From Bdellovibrionales bacterium (GTDB lineage Bacteria > Bdellovibrionota > Bdellovibrionia > Bdellovibrionales > UBA1609): 64,000 bases of DNA. How positions within the stretch are numbered: the stretch's first letter is position 1; every line of letters starts with the position of its first letter. A program made the position numbers and the translations under genes. The stretch covers positions 352,001 through 416,000 of the forward strand of contig OZ241877.1 in the NCBI GenBank assembly GCA_965203095.1, in the 5' to 3' direction. This document shows positions 1 to 9,756 of this stretch, piece after piece. The notes beneath the pieces were generated by a model, which had not been told where the DNA came from, searched no databases, and was given only the letters and a program-made list of their open reading frames with translations.

Positions 1-568
1 TATTCCCCTGTTTCTTATTGGAAAGAGTCTTTCGAGGAATATAAGGGTCTATTACATGCCATGCAGGAGAAATGTCATCTTCCAAAGGAAAAGGTCTGTT
101 TTCTTTAATTGCTTTATTGCTTTTATTATTTTTTGTGATAAAAAGGATTTTTCTTCCTTTTTCTTCGCAACAAAAGGAAAAGTCTTTAAAATTAGCATTT
201 GCTTGCTTTACAACAGGTTCCGCTCCTGCCTTCTTTTCTTTAAAACGAAACTTGTATTTGATGTCATTATTGTGACTGATACCAATTTCAAAGTGAGATA
301 TATTTCTTTTTCCTCTCTCTGCCTTCGATCTTCTGACAATATCTATAAAAGATCCCATAGAATAAGGTTCTTCATTAAAATCAGGATGGCGAAATCCTCC
401 TTGTGAAATGAAGTTATAAATTGTGGAAAAACAACTCATAACAGTTGTTTTGCCTGTGCTGTTTGCCCCTATTAAAAAAGTCAAGGGGCGAATATCAAAA
501 TTCTGCTCTCCTGAAAAACACCTAACATCTTTTATTGTTAATTTGAAATTTCTGTTTTGATTGGCCAT
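1..568 (-). CDS. ABC/AAA-type ATPase (AAA_15/AAA_21-like), N-terminal part; runs off the window edge
   Basis: Not in the ORF track; translated by hand. ATG at 568 with AGGAGA RBS; MANQNRNFKLTIKDVRCF...IRPLTFLIGANSTGKTT (Walker A); frame open to position 1. Confidence 0.8.
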   Translation of the reverse strand, partial: MANQNRNFKLTIKDVRCFSGEQNFDIRPLTFLIGANSTGKTTVMSCFSTIYNFISQGGFRHPDFNEEPYSMGSFIDIVRRSKAERGKRNISHFEIGISHNNDIKYKFRFKEKKAGAEPVVKQANANFKDFSFCCEEKGRKILFITKNNKSNKAIKENRPFPLEDDISPAWHVIDPYIPRKTLSNKKQGN

Positions 569-592
569 TATATTTCTCCTGTTTTATAAAAA

Positions 593-3121
593 TTAATTCA
601 AGGGTTTTATGATAAGGCTTTCTATGCCTCTATCGTCAATGATTTTGACGGCAATTTTTTTGTGGTTTTCTGGTTTAAAAGGCAAAGATTCTGTTCCTTT
701 AAACTGATCTATCCGATTTTCGTCAACCTCCGATCGTAAGGTTTTTTTCAGCCTTTCCCAACCACCACGGCTCCCTGAAAGAGGGAAAAAAACCTGCCGT
801 GGGTAAAGAGATCTCCCATCGTAATTGCTGTCTAACATCCACATAGCGATTTTGTCTTTCCCGCCTCTTTGAATGCTGTTTGTTTTTGTATCATAATAAT
901 CAAAGCCCTCAAGGCTGACAGTGTATCTGTCCTTATGTTCCCCTTTAGTGATTTTTTTTAAGGAAATATCCGGCTGTCCCACAAGCCAGAAACTATCACC
1001 TTTGGTTTTTTTCTTTAGGTCTTTTGTGAAAAGATCGCTATTCATTTGGACTTTTAGAACTTTGGTCCATTTCAGATCCAATGCATCCACATCTTTTCCA
1101 GCTTCCGGATCAAATTGAAAGGCACAAAAAACCACAATGTCAGGACGAAAAGGTTTGGCCTCTTTAAGAGCTAACTCCACTTGTCTTTGCTCTAAGGGAG
1201 CGTATTCAGAACCAAAGCAGACAATCGCTCTTTTCCCGTCCGTTTTTGTCTCCCCTTCGGCAAAAATGTATTTTGTGTCATTCATTAGCTCCAGCCTTGT
1301 GAATTGAATATCTTGCAAAAGACCTTTTTTGCCTTTGATGCCATCTCTTTTAAGGGAAAAAAACCAATCCTGTTTTATGGGGCTATCGGATCCGTTAAGC
1401 ACTTCTCCTGATAAAGTCTCCACTTTAACAGCGGGAACAGCCTCTACGGTAAAGGGGCCAGACACACGGAATTTACTTTTATCTACATGAGGCTGATCAT
1501 AAAGAGTTTCTGTTGGAGCATTCTGGGCAATAGCCTTATCAATTTGTTGTTTTGTCAAGCCGTCTTTAATGTCTGGATTGTTGGCAATGGATTTTAAAGT
1601 GATATGAGGGACTTCTTTATAATTAAAACCTTCATTGATTCCTTTTTTTTCATCTTTTAATTCATAATAATCAAAGTTGGATGTCATTAGCCTTTGTTTG
1701 GCCAAAGTAATGGCCACCCTCGAAGTGTCACAGGTGATCCAACGACGACCCCATTTTTCTGCCACATAAGCAGTAGTTCCACTCCCGCAAGTTGGATCCA
1801 AAACCAAGTCTCCCGGCTTCGTGGTCATTAGGAGACATCGTTCAATCACTTTATCGGAAGTTTGAACGGCATAACTTTTATTTACGGCTCCTCCAAAATC
1901 CATCCAAGGATTTGTAATTTTTGAAAAGGGAAAGTCTTTTTGATAAAGAACATATCTTAAAGAGCTGGCCTCTGCTTGAATACGATTTATTTTGATAAGA
2001 ACCAACATTTTTTGTTTTGATGTCATCCAACACTGCCCCGGTTTTTGTTTATAAGTCTTCCCTTCAAACTCAAGATCATAGACATTTGCATTTGAGAAAG
2101 AAGGTGCTACTTGAGAGACTGTTCTATAAATATTGCTTTCAGGAGGTAGAGGCGTTGTCCCTGATATTTCATCTTTTGTCATTTTTCTTCGTATCCCGTT
2201 TTTAAGCTCAATAAACCTCCAAGAAGAATCAATTTTGGTTTTCTTCCATAACTGGTGACATCGAACAATACTTTTATCTTTTGCATACCAGATAAGATAA
2301 TCACACATATTTTCAAGTGTTTTGCTTCCCAATGGCATATTTTTCTTTCTAAAAGTGACCAAGCTAACAAAATTCTTTCTCTCAAAAATCTCATCCATAA
2401 GATTGCGAACCAAATGCACATTCTCATCGGAAATTTGCACAAAACAAGAACCACTTTCTGTTAAAAGCTCTCTTGCAAGAAGCAGTCTATCCCTCAAATA
2501 GGAAAGATAGGAATGTATCCCAAGCTCCCAAGTGTCGCGAAAGGCTTTTATAGTTTCCGGCTCTGCTGTTAAATCTTCATCTTTTTTGTCTTTAACATCC
2601 CTTTTGTTTGTCCAAGGCTGAAAATTGGATCCGTATTGGACCCCGTAAGGCGGGTCAAAATAAAAACATTGCACTCTCCCCGCCATTCCCTCTTTTTCTA
2701 ACAGAGAGTTCATTACCAAAAGGGAATCTCCGGCAATCAGACGGTTGCTCCAAAGCTTTTCGTGTTTGTAAAACTCAATTTCCTTTTCTAAAGGTCGTTT
2801 TTCCAATTCCCCCTGAAATAAAGACAGCTGGCTGTAGTCTACAGAGTTTCTGTTTCTGACTGTTTCAATAATGCTTCGAGGATCAATTTTTTCATGAATA
2901 TGAAGAGGGATTGTGGGAACTTCAAAAGACAGCCTTTCGGCTTTGCCCGCCCACTGTAGTTCTGGATCCAAGTCAGGATCGTATTTGTATTGTTTGGTCT
3001 GGACTTGGGGGTTGTCCCTTTCAGCATTCACAACTCCAGCTTGAGGATTGTTTTTCCTCTTTTGTGTTTTGTGCTTGTAAATTTCAATCGGCTTGGAACC
3101 GGTTTTTTTTCTTTTTGCCAT
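593..3121 (-). CDS. Site-specific DNA methyltransferase, type III Mod-like (N6_N4_Mtase, beta class)
   Basis: 842 aa; DPPY motif IV precedes LDPTCGSGTT motif I; N-terminal YDPDLDPELQWAGK is typical of this long Mod family. Confidence 0.9.
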   Translation of the reverse strand: MAKRKKTGSKPIEIYKHKTQKRKNNPQAGVVNAERDNPQVQTKQYKYDPDLDPELQWAGKAERLSFEVPTIPLHIHEKIDPRSIIETVRNRNSVDYSQLSLFQGELEKRPLEKEIEFYKHEKLWSNRLIAGDSLLVMNSLLEKEGMAGRVQCFYFDPPYGVQYGSNFQPWTNKRDVKDKKDEDLTAEPETIKAFRDTWELGIHSYLSYLRDRLLLARELLTESGSCFVQISDENVHLVRNLMDEIFERKNFVSLVTFRKKNMPLGSKTLENMCDYLIWYAKDKSIVRCHQLWKKTKIDSSWRFIELKNGIRRKMTKDEISGTTPLPPESNIYRTVSQVAPSFSNANVYDLEFEGKTYKQKPGQCWMTSKQKMLVLIKINRIQAEASSLRYVLYQKDFPFSKITNPWMDFGGAVNKSYAVQTSDKVIERCLLMTTKPGDLVLDPTCGSGTTAYVAEKWGRRWITCDTSRVAITLAKQRLMTSNFDYYELKDEKKGINEGFNYKEVPHITLKSIANNPDIKDGLTKQQIDKAIAQNAPTETLYDQPHVDKSKFRVSGPFTVEAVPAVKVETLSGEVLNGSDSPIKQDWFFSLKRDGIKGKKGLLQDIQFTRLELMNDTKYIFAEGETKTDGKRAIVCFGSEYAPLEQRQVELALKEAKPFRPDIVVFCAFQFDPEAGKDVDALDLKWTKVLKVQMNSDLFTKDLKKKTKGDSFWLVGQPDISLKKITKGEHKDRYTVSLEGFDYYDTKTNSIQRGGKDKIAMWMLDSNYDGRSLYPRQVFFPLSGSRGGWERLKKTLRSEVDENRIDQFKGTESLPFKPENHKKIAVKIIDDRGIESLIIKPLN

Positions 3122-3143
3122 AAAATCTCAAATAGCGGTTTTA

Positions 3144-3299
3144 TTATTTGCGTTTCTTTTTTGGTGCTCTTTGTGACAAAGCCGAGCCAGCCGCGGTTTT
3201 AGCGACTTTGCTTGATTTGTTATTCCTTAACACTTTGGAGGCGACCTTTCCCGCTCTCTTAGATGTTTTTCTTTGTTTTGGTTTTTTTTGTTTTGCCAT
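3144..3299 (-). CDS. Small basic protein (51 aa)
   Basis: Translated by hand: MAKQKKPKQRKTSKRAGKVASKVLRNNKSSKVAKTAAGSALSQRAPKKKRK; AGGAGG RBS upstream; co-oriented with the MTase directly downstream. Confidence 0.7.
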   Translation of the reverse strand: MAKQKKPKQRKTSKRAGKVASKVLRNNKSSKVAKTAAGSALSQRAPKKKRK

Positions 3300-3374
3300 G
3301 CGTTTCCCTCCTTTTAGTAGTGGAGATAAAATTATCTAAAACTACGGATTTGTCAATATAAAACTTGTTTATTA

Positions 3375-3614
3375 TTACAGTTCAGTAGATTGCATATAAT
3401 CTTCCAGTTTGTCAATAGCCTCTCTTTTTTCACGGGCGGAAACTTGAGCTCCCTCTTCTACATACATTTTTTCAAACCTTTTTAATCTTTTCACAATATG
3501 ATTTACTGTTGGATTTTGTGCTCGCTGAATATGCCCGTAAGTAAAATCCACCTGATCCCTTAGCTCCCAAGGGAGATCTCTATATTTTAAAAATTTTTTG
3601 CGATTCTTTGACAT
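3375..3614 (-). CDS. Hypothetical protein (~79 aa from ATG 3614)
   Basis: ORF with plausible charged helical composition; no recognisable motif. Confidence 0.45.
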   Translation of the reverse strand: MSKNRKKFLKYRDLPWELRDQVDFTYGHIQRAQNPTVNHIVKRLKRFEKMYVEEGAQVSAREKREAIDKLEDYMQSTEL

Positions 3615-3736
3615 AATAACCCCGGTGACAAGCGGTGATAGGGTATCCCATCTCAAAACGAGACAAGCTTTGGGCAAAAAACTAAAAGATAAAATTATTT
3701 TTCACAAACAATTATTACTGATTTCGCACTCAATTT

Positions 3737-3880
3737 CAAAAAAATAAGGACAAAGAGTTGGATTTTAACAGGTTGCACAGTAGTAAAATTTGCCCTTTTA
3801 GTCTTTTTTTTGGTTTTTTAAGGATTTAGCAAGTATTCTGTATCTTTTTTGAATAAAGAGATATATCACAATGAGAACCA
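3737..3880 (+). repeat. Dispersed repeat A, copy 1
   Basis: CAAAAAAATAAGG...TGGATTTTAAC.GGTTGCACAG...TAAAATTTGCC.TTTTAGTC...TTTAAGGATTT, shared with 5979-6070 and 9757-9877. Confidence 0.85.
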
Positions 3881-3884
3881 AAAT

Positions 3885-4146
3885 CAACATAGAGGAAGGC
3901 CCTAATATCATGTATTATGACAAATGAAGCCATGCATTATCATACTTTAGACAACTGCTTTAACCATTTGACAACCCATCATGTGACTAAGCAATATGTG
4001 AATGGGACAGCCGGAGCAACTATAAATTTAACGAGTTTGCCTTTAACTAACAAGGGAATTATGTAATAGATACTATTGATAGCGTTAAGGCTTTAGTTCA
4101 AGGATCAACAGGAAAAAGATTGACTTATGAAAAACTTATAAATTAA
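3885..4146 (+). pseudogene. IS1595-family transposase remnant
   Basis: Fragments translate as IMTNEAMHYHTLDNCFNHLTTHHVTKQYVNG and NEFAF...GNYVIDTIDSVKALVQGSTGKRLTYEKLIN*, matching the IS1595 DDE core and the GKRLTY C-terminus; internally deleted and frameshifted. Confidence 0.75.
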
Positions 4147-4147
4147 A

Positions 4148-4304
4148 TAGTTGTCCGTGAAAAACCTTTGTTTTTTAACTTTTTTTGTCCAAAGGACCAT
4201 TCCATTTCGGGACGGCAATACCTTGGACTATCACCGGATGGCCTTTGGACAAAATTAGGAAAAAGAGGATGAGGCTTTTTGTCCAGCTTTTTCACGGACG
4301 ACTA
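4148..4304. mobile_element. MITE-like element with 17-bp terminal inverted repeats and an internal hairpin
   Basis: TAGTTGTCCGTGAAAAA...TTTTTCACGGACGACTA (16/17 match); internal stem TTTTGTCCAAAGG...CCTTTGGACAAAA; AAAT flanks an AG...CT core on both sides (possible target duplication). Confidence 0.8.
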
Positions 4305-4369
4305 AATAGCATTAGTGCTTGCTTTATTAAGCCTTAATTTTAAAAAACTATAATAAAGAGTAGAAAAAA

Positions 4370-5044
4370 ATGGAACAGTTTAGTTTTCTGTTAAATAATG
4401 ATATAAAATATATCCCTAAAAAGCAAAAAAAAGCAAAGGCCAGCTTAGACTTTCTTTTAAACAGTATAAAGTATAAACAAATAGTAGATAAAAAAATTAA
4501 ATTCCCTGATTTGCCTAACAAAAAATATGAAATTATTTACTGTGATCCCCCCTGGCATTATGGACAACACTGGCAATATACAAGGCCTGGATATAAATGG
4601 GGGAAAGGTTGCGATAGGTATTATCCATGTGTCCCTACCCCTGAATTAGCTAAATTAAATATAGCTAAAATTTCTGATGAAAATTGCCTTTTGTTCATGT
4701 GGGCAACCAATCCTCATATCTCACAAGCAGTGGCACTGGGGCAAATATGGGGTTTTGATTACTGCACTATAGCTTTTATATGGGATAAAGAAACGCATAA
4801 CCCTGGAAGATATACAATGTCACAATGTGAAGTCTGTTTGTTATTTAAAAAGGGAAAAATTCCAAATCCCAGAGGGGCAAGGAATATAAAGCAATTAATC
4901 AAAAGTAAAAGAAGTAAAACACACAGCAGAAAACCAGAAGAGGCCAGAAAAAGAATTGAGGCAATGTTTCCTACACAAAAAAAAATAGAGCTTTTTGCCA
5001 CAAAAAAAACAAAAGGCTGGAAAGTTTGGGGTAATAGTGTCTAA
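4370..5044 (+). CDS. MT-A70 family (MunI-like) adenine DNA methyltransferase
   Basis: IIYCDPPW, LFMWATNP and HSRKP...KIELFA motifs. Confidence 0.9.
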   Translation: MEQFSFLLNNDIKYIPKKQKKAKASLDFLLNSIKYKQIVDKKIKFPDLPNKKYEIIYCDPPWHYGQHWQYTRPGYKWGKGCDRYYPCVPTPELAKLNIAKISDENCLLFMWATNPHISQAVALGQIWGFDYCTIAFIWDKETHNPGRYTMSQCEVCLLFKKGKIPNPRGARNIKQLIKSKRSKTHSRKPEEARKRIEAMFPTQKKIELFATKKTKGWKVWGNSV

Positions 5045-5321
5045 AAAAAGATTTCCCAGAAAAGAAAAAACAATCACTTGGCAAAAGTCTGTAAAGACTT
5101 CAGGCGAAGACATTGAAAAATCTTTTAATGGTTTTTTTGAACATTTTTTTGAAAACTCAAACTATGAGATAATAAAAAATCCAAAAGATTTTAGATATAT
5201 TTATAGTCAGCCAGACGGTTGCAATTATAGGCAAGGGATACAGCCAGAGTTTTTAATCAAAAACAAAAGAAGAAAAAATTATTTAGGCAAGAAGTTTTTG
5301 ACTGGCAATTTTAAAGATTGA
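5037..5321 (+). pseudogene. Truncated MunI-like type II restriction endonuclease
   Basis: Overlaps the MTase stop. TWQ...EKSF...YEIIKNPKDF..IY...GIQPEFLIKNK resembles the MunI-family N-terminus; the ORF ends at about 94 aa, before the EVKRQ-type catalytic motif. Confidence 0.6.
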
Positions 5322-5347
5322 TTATTTAAAAATGGAGTGAATGGATT

Positions 5348-5863
5348 ATGTTCAAAAAACAAAATCAGCATTTATGGATTTTTTTGTCTCTATTTTTTAT
5401 TTTTTTGGTCAGTCCTTCTTGTAATAAAGCCGAATGCCCCTCAGATTGGAATTGTGATTCTGCCGCGTATCATGACATGGACCTGCGTATAGAAGGGTAT
5501 ATCGATAAAAACAATTTTAAAGCAAGTAATGTAGCTTATTGTGACCATAATCCAAAGTCAGACAATGATAAGTTAAAACAAGTAGCTAAAAATTTGAAAG
5601 CCAGATTGCATTATGAAGAAGATAATAAACCTCGTTTTGAAACAGATCTTATACAAACACAGTCAGGCAATCCTAAGGAAAGGGAGTTTCTTGTAAATAT
5701 CAGTTTGCTCTATCCTTTTTCCGATCTCATGACAATTAAAATTGTTCGATTAAATGACAAGGGGGAAGAGATTCATGTTTTAGGAGAGATAAAATTTAAG
5801 GATTTACCGCAACAACCAAAAAGAACTCCACCCTATGATTGCAAAAAAATCCCTTTATTTTAA
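5348..5863 (+). CDS. Hypothetical lipoprotein
   Basis: Hydrophobic signal followed by VSPSC; 171 aa. Confidence 0.65.
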   Translation: MFKKQNQHLWIFLSLFFIFLVSPSCNKAECPSDWNCDSAAYHDMDLRIEGYIDKNNFKASNVAYCDHNPKSDNDKLKQVAKNLKARLHYEEDNKPRFETDLIQTQSGNPKEREFLVNISLLYPFSDLMTIKIVRLNDKGEEIHVLGEIKFKDLPQQPKRTPPYDCKKIPLF

Positions 5864-5978
5864 AATAGAAAATAACTTAGGATCTGAGCAAAGGGACTGT
5901 TTCAGGACAGATTATAAAAAGTCCCGCCCCACAGCTCCAACTTTTGTGTTAGAAATAGTCTTTATTTTATAAAAATTG

Positions 5979-6070
5979 CAAAAAAATAAGAAAAAGAGCT
6001 GGATTTTAGCCGGTTGCACAGTAAAATTTGCCATTTTAGTCCTTTTTATCCTTGTTTTTTTAAGGATTTT
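5979..6070 (+). repeat. Dispersed repeat A, copy 2
   Basis: Aligns by eye with 3737-3830 and 9757-9840; followed by GTCAAGTATATAATCCC (6079-6095), which resembles an IS1595-family end. Confidence 0.8.
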
Positions 6071-6163
6071 TGTAGAGTGTCAAGTATATAATCCCCACTT
6101 TTTTAAAAAACAAGTGGATACAATAGTCCTTGCCTATTTGACTTTTTACCATATAATAAAGCA

Positions 6164-7555
6164 ATGGAATTTATGGAAAAATCGCAAACTGAGCAGATTC
6201 AAAAGGGAAAAAGCTTGAAAAAGTTTTTAAAAGCAGGGGAGAACCAAAAAACTATCCTTTCCACTCTAAAAAGCCTGGGAAGACTTCCTGAAAATTTTGA
6301 TGACAGCTGGGTCCAGCCTTTGTCTTTTGACAAGAATCAGAAAGTTCGGCTTTGGGCAATAAAAACTTTAGGTAAATCAAAAAATAAAAAGAACCTCAAG
6401 CTTTTAGAAAAAGTGGCAAGAAAAGACAAATCAACAGAAGTTAGAAGAGAAGCCGTCTCCTCCATAGGCCGGTTAAAAGATAAAACAGCAATCCCCATTT
6501 TGTTAAAGTTCTTAAATGATACAGATCCAAAAATTGTCCTACAAGCCATCAGAGGTTTGCTTGTTTTTAAAAAAGAACAGGAAGTTTTTAAACAGCTAAA
6601 AAAACTGTTAAAGCACCCTAATGAGATAGTTCAAAAAGTTATGGAAAGGGAATGTTTTTTAAAAAACAAACAAATAACCACTAACAAACAAAGCCATGCA
6701 AAATCCCACAGTTTTTTAAAAAACATGATTGTTTTAGGTGATGTGAGAGAAGTCTTAAAACATACTCCGGACGAGAGCTTTCATCTGACTTTTACTTCTC
6801 CCCCTTATTACAATGCGAGAGACTACTCCATTTATAAAAGCTATGCGGAATATTTAATTTTTTTAAAAGAGGTGTTTTCTCTCACACATCAAAAAACTAA
6901 AGAGGGGCGGTTTTTGATAGTTAATACTTCCCCTGTTATTCTGCCAAGAGTTAGCCGGCACCATTCCAGCAAACGGTATCCCATACCTTTTGACATTCAC
7001 AGTTTTTTAACAAAAATGGGCTGGGAGTTTATTGACGATATTATATGGGAAAAGCCAGAATCCAGTGTTAAAAACAGAACAGCAGGCTTTGGGCAACATC
7101 GAAAACCTTTGGCCTACAAACCCAACCCTGTCACAGAATACCTTATGGTCTATAGGAAACAAACTGACAAATTGATAGACTGGAACATTCGCCAATACGA
7201 CAAAGCCACAGTCCATAACAGCAAAGTCAAAGGAGCTTATGAAACTTCAAATGTATGGAAGATTGATCCCAAGCATGATAAAATTCATTCAGCAGTTTTT
7301 CCGGTGGGCTTATGCGAAAGGGTTATAAAATATTATTCCTTTGAGAAGGATTTGGTTTTTGACCCTTTTGCGGGAAGCGGGACTTTGGGCCGGGTGGCTA
7401 AAAAGCTCAATCGCTATTTTTTTCTTACTGAAAAAGATTTGAAATATTTTAATTATATGAAAACATTTTTTTCAGAAGAAAGAGATTTATTTGATAAAAA
7501 CTTTTCCAGTGTTTTTTTAAACTTAAATGAATATATAAAAGCTGTTGAGAAATGA
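6164..7555 (+). CDS. HEAT-repeat-fused DNA methyltransferase (probably N4-cytosine)
   Basis: N-terminal HEAT repeats (VRLWAIKTLG, VRREAVSSIG, IVLQAIRGL); TSPPY; FDPFAGSGT. Confidence 0.9.
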   Translation: MEFMEKSQTEQIQKGKSLKKFLKAGENQKTILSTLKSLGRLPENFDDSWVQPLSFDKNQKVRLWAIKTLGKSKNKKNLKLLEKVARKDKSTEVRREAVSSIGRLKDKTAIPILLKFLNDTDPKIVLQAIRGLLVFKKEQEVFKQLKKLLKHPNEIVQKVMERECFLKNKQITTNKQSHAKSHSFLKNMIVLGDVREVLKHTPDESFHLTFTSPPYYNARDYSIYKSYAEYLIFLKEVFSLTHQKTKEGRFLIVNTSPVILPRVSRHHSSKRYPIPFDIHSFLTKMGWEFIDDIIWEKPESSVKNRTAGFGQHRKPLAYKPNPVTEYLMVYRKQTDKLIDWNIRQYDKATVHNSKVKGAYETSNVWKIDPKHDKIHSAVFPVGLCERVIKYYSFEKDLVFDPFAGSGTLGRVAKKLNRYFFLTEKDLKYFNYMKTFFSEERDLFDKNFSSVFLNLNEYIKAVEK

Positions 7556-8460
7556 AGCTCACTCAACAAGTTGTTAAAATTATTATTAAAAAACTTCTCA
7601 AAGGTCAAGATTATAGAATAGAAATTATCAATCTCATCAACTCTGAATTTTTGCATTTTGCAATAAGTTTTTTTAAAAAAGTTATTGACTCCAAGTTAAG
7701 CAATCAAAAAGTAACAGTGGATTGGTATAGAAAAGAATTTTTAAATCCCAAACTCCCAGCAAAAGAGATAGCTATAAATTCTGGTTTAAATATGAAAACA
7801 ATCAGCAACATGTTTAACTCAGGCAAAAAAGAAATAGTAATAGATGCCTCTAAAGAGCATTATAACACTCTATATAAATCAATTAAAAATTTGGTTGAGA
7901 CAGAAGAGGAGTTTGAGCTGAAGCTCACTTTAAAACTCAATAATGTCAGTGTGGACTTAAACATAAGCGAAACTTTAGTTGTTATCAACACCCTGGCTGT
8001 AAAAAGAGCAGAATTGAGAGGAGGCTTGTGGAGCTCTGCTGGAAAAAGAGTCGAAAAACCTTTAATGCAAACTTTATGCAAACTTTATAATGTTTCGCCT
8101 GAGAATTATAGAGAAGGACCTGTGAAAACAAGCAGAACAAATAATTTTATAAGAGAAGTTGATTTTTACTTAATTAGCGATAAAGAATATAAATGTGAAG
8201 TGAAACTAATGGGAAAAGGCAATCCCGAAAGTGCTGATGTTGTTATTGCGAGAGAAAGCAAAGTTTTTATAGCTGATAAACTGTCTGCCACAAATAAAAA
8301 ACAGTTAGACAAGCTGGGTGTAGAGTGGCTAACTTTGAGAGAAAAAGATGGCTTTCAAAAATTTAAAAAAATACTGAAGAATTTGAATATTCCCTTTAAT
8401 GACGAAAAACTTAAGAAAAAGGAATTTTATATTGAAAAAATTTTGAATGAAATATTTTAA
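7552..8460 (+). CDS. Type II restriction endonuclease, CfrBI-family-like
   Basis: ATGA overlap with the MTase; REVDFYL...CEVKLMGKGNPESAD PD-(D/E)xK core; N-terminus resembles the CfrBI family. Confidence 0.8.
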   Translation: MKLTQQVVKIIIKKLLKGQDYRIEIINLINSEFLHFAISFFKKVIDSKLSNQKVTVDWYRKEFLNPKLPAKEIAINSGLNMKTISNMFNSGKKEIVIDASKEHYNTLYKSIKNLVETEEEFELKLTLKLNNVSVDLNISETLVVINTLAVKRAELRGGLWSSAGKRVEKPLMQTLCKLYNVSPENYREGPVKTSRTNNFIREVDFYLISDKEYKCEVKLMGKGNPESADVVIARESKVFIADKLSATNKKQLDKLGVEWLTLREKDGFQKFKKILKNLNIPFNDEKLKKKEFYIEKILNEIF

Positions 8461-8622
8461 CTTTTTGAATTTCAGCCTATAGTCTCATAAAAACAATGCC
8501 TCTACTTAGTTCTCCGAGAAAAATCTTGAGGAGCTTTTTGGAAAGAACAAACTTTTTCCCTCATAGCATCTTTTCTATTCACCTTTGCTTTAAAAATTTT
8601 TCAAGCTCTTCTTTAAATTTTT

Positions 8623-9609
8623 CTATAACAAACAAAGATTCTGGCTTTGTAGCTCATCGCTTAGCCTCTTTTTAATGTGGTAGATACTTATATGATGACA
8701 GTTATGAGTCGTCACATGGCTATAATTTTTCCAGTTTGCATTTTTTATTATCTGTTTTATTTTGGTTTTATTTTTTTTTAAAATAAAACCGTAGCCACAG
8801 GTGTAATTGACTTTAGAAAAACAGCGGACAATTTTAGGGGGCTGAGTAAAAAATGTTCTTTGCAAAAAGAAGTCTGCTTTCTTCATCTTTTCCTGCCCGC
8901 AAAGCCTCTCTTTCCTGTTGTCTACTGTAAAAATGTCCACTTGATCAGACAAATCCTTCAGTTTTTCTTTTACATTTTCCCCTTTCTCCCATATTTGCCA
9001 CAGTGTGTTTAATTTCACGGTTTTTCCTGATGAATTTTCAAATACCCCATTAGGCAATTTCTCAGAATGAGCTAATCTCAAGCCCTTTATTCTCAATTTT
9101 GGTGAGCCTCTAACCTCACTTTGAAAAGACATAGGCAGAATAAAACCAACATAATCTGAAAAAATAGCGGAATGGTTTAAAAACTTTATAGCCAGCCAAC
9201 CCCTATATCCAAAGGGCGGATTGCCTAAGCAAATATATCTGCTCCCTTTCGCACCTTGCCAAGTGAGGAAATCCCTTTTTATTATGCCCTTTCCTTTAGG
9301 ATCAACATCCATACCTAAGCTTTTTCTTGGGAATAATTTTAAAAAATCCCCTCTCCCGGCACTGGGCTCTAAAAAAACATAGGAGCTTAATTTGACTTTT
9401 CTTTTTTTGAGAAAAGCTATCATTGAGTTAAAGCAGTATCGGGCTATATCCGGCTTTGTGTAAAATTGATCCAAATCAAAATGTTTTAAGGCCCAGTCAG
9501 GGATGATTTTCTCTTTTTTCCACACAGCCAATAGTCGCTCCTCTTTAGAAAGTCGCCGGCATGAAATATCTTTGTCTAATGAAAACTCTAACTGCAAGAT
9601 GCCCTCCAA
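8623..9609 (-). CDS. SAM-dependent adenine DNA methyltransferase (orphan, gamma-type motif order)
   Basis: DQFYT, LEPSAGRG and GNPPFG motifs; start codon uncertain. Confidence 0.85.
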   Translation of the reverse strand: MEGILQLEFSLDKDISCRRLSKEERLLAVWKKEKIIPDWALKHFDLDQFYTKPDIARYCFNSMIAFLKKRKVKLSSYVFLEPSAGRGDFLKLFPRKSLGMDVDPKGKGIIKRDFLTWQGAKGSRYICLGNPPFGYRGWLAIKFLNHSAIFSDYVGFILPMSFQSEVRGSPKLRIKGLRLAHSEKLPNGVFENSSGKTVKLNTLWQIWEKGENVKEKLKDLSDQVDIFTVDNRKERLCGQEKMKKADFFLQRTFFTQPPKIVRCFSKVNYTCGYGFILKKNKTKIKQIIKNANWKNYSHVTTHNCHHISIYHIKKRLSDELQSQNLCLL

Positions 9610-9756
9610 AAACCGACTTGGTGCTTTATAATACTATTGATTCCTTTTAAGTTTTCAAGTGCTTTTATAAAAGGGGATAACCTTAAGACCTGTTTTTTGG
9701 GAATTATTGCCTCTATATCTAAGCTTCTCCAGCCTCCCTCAACCCCATTCAAATCT

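Noticed and set aside
56..406. Plus-strand ORFs at the window start, and other short ORFs nested in long genes
   Set aside because: Antisense or out-of-frame shadows of well-supported genes.
5976..6218. 80-aa ORF
   Set aside because: It overlies non-coding repeat A and overlaps the MTase start; likely spurious.
8461..8660. Remnant of a cognate REase downstream of the 8623 MTase
   Set aside because: Only very short frames with no recognisable motif.
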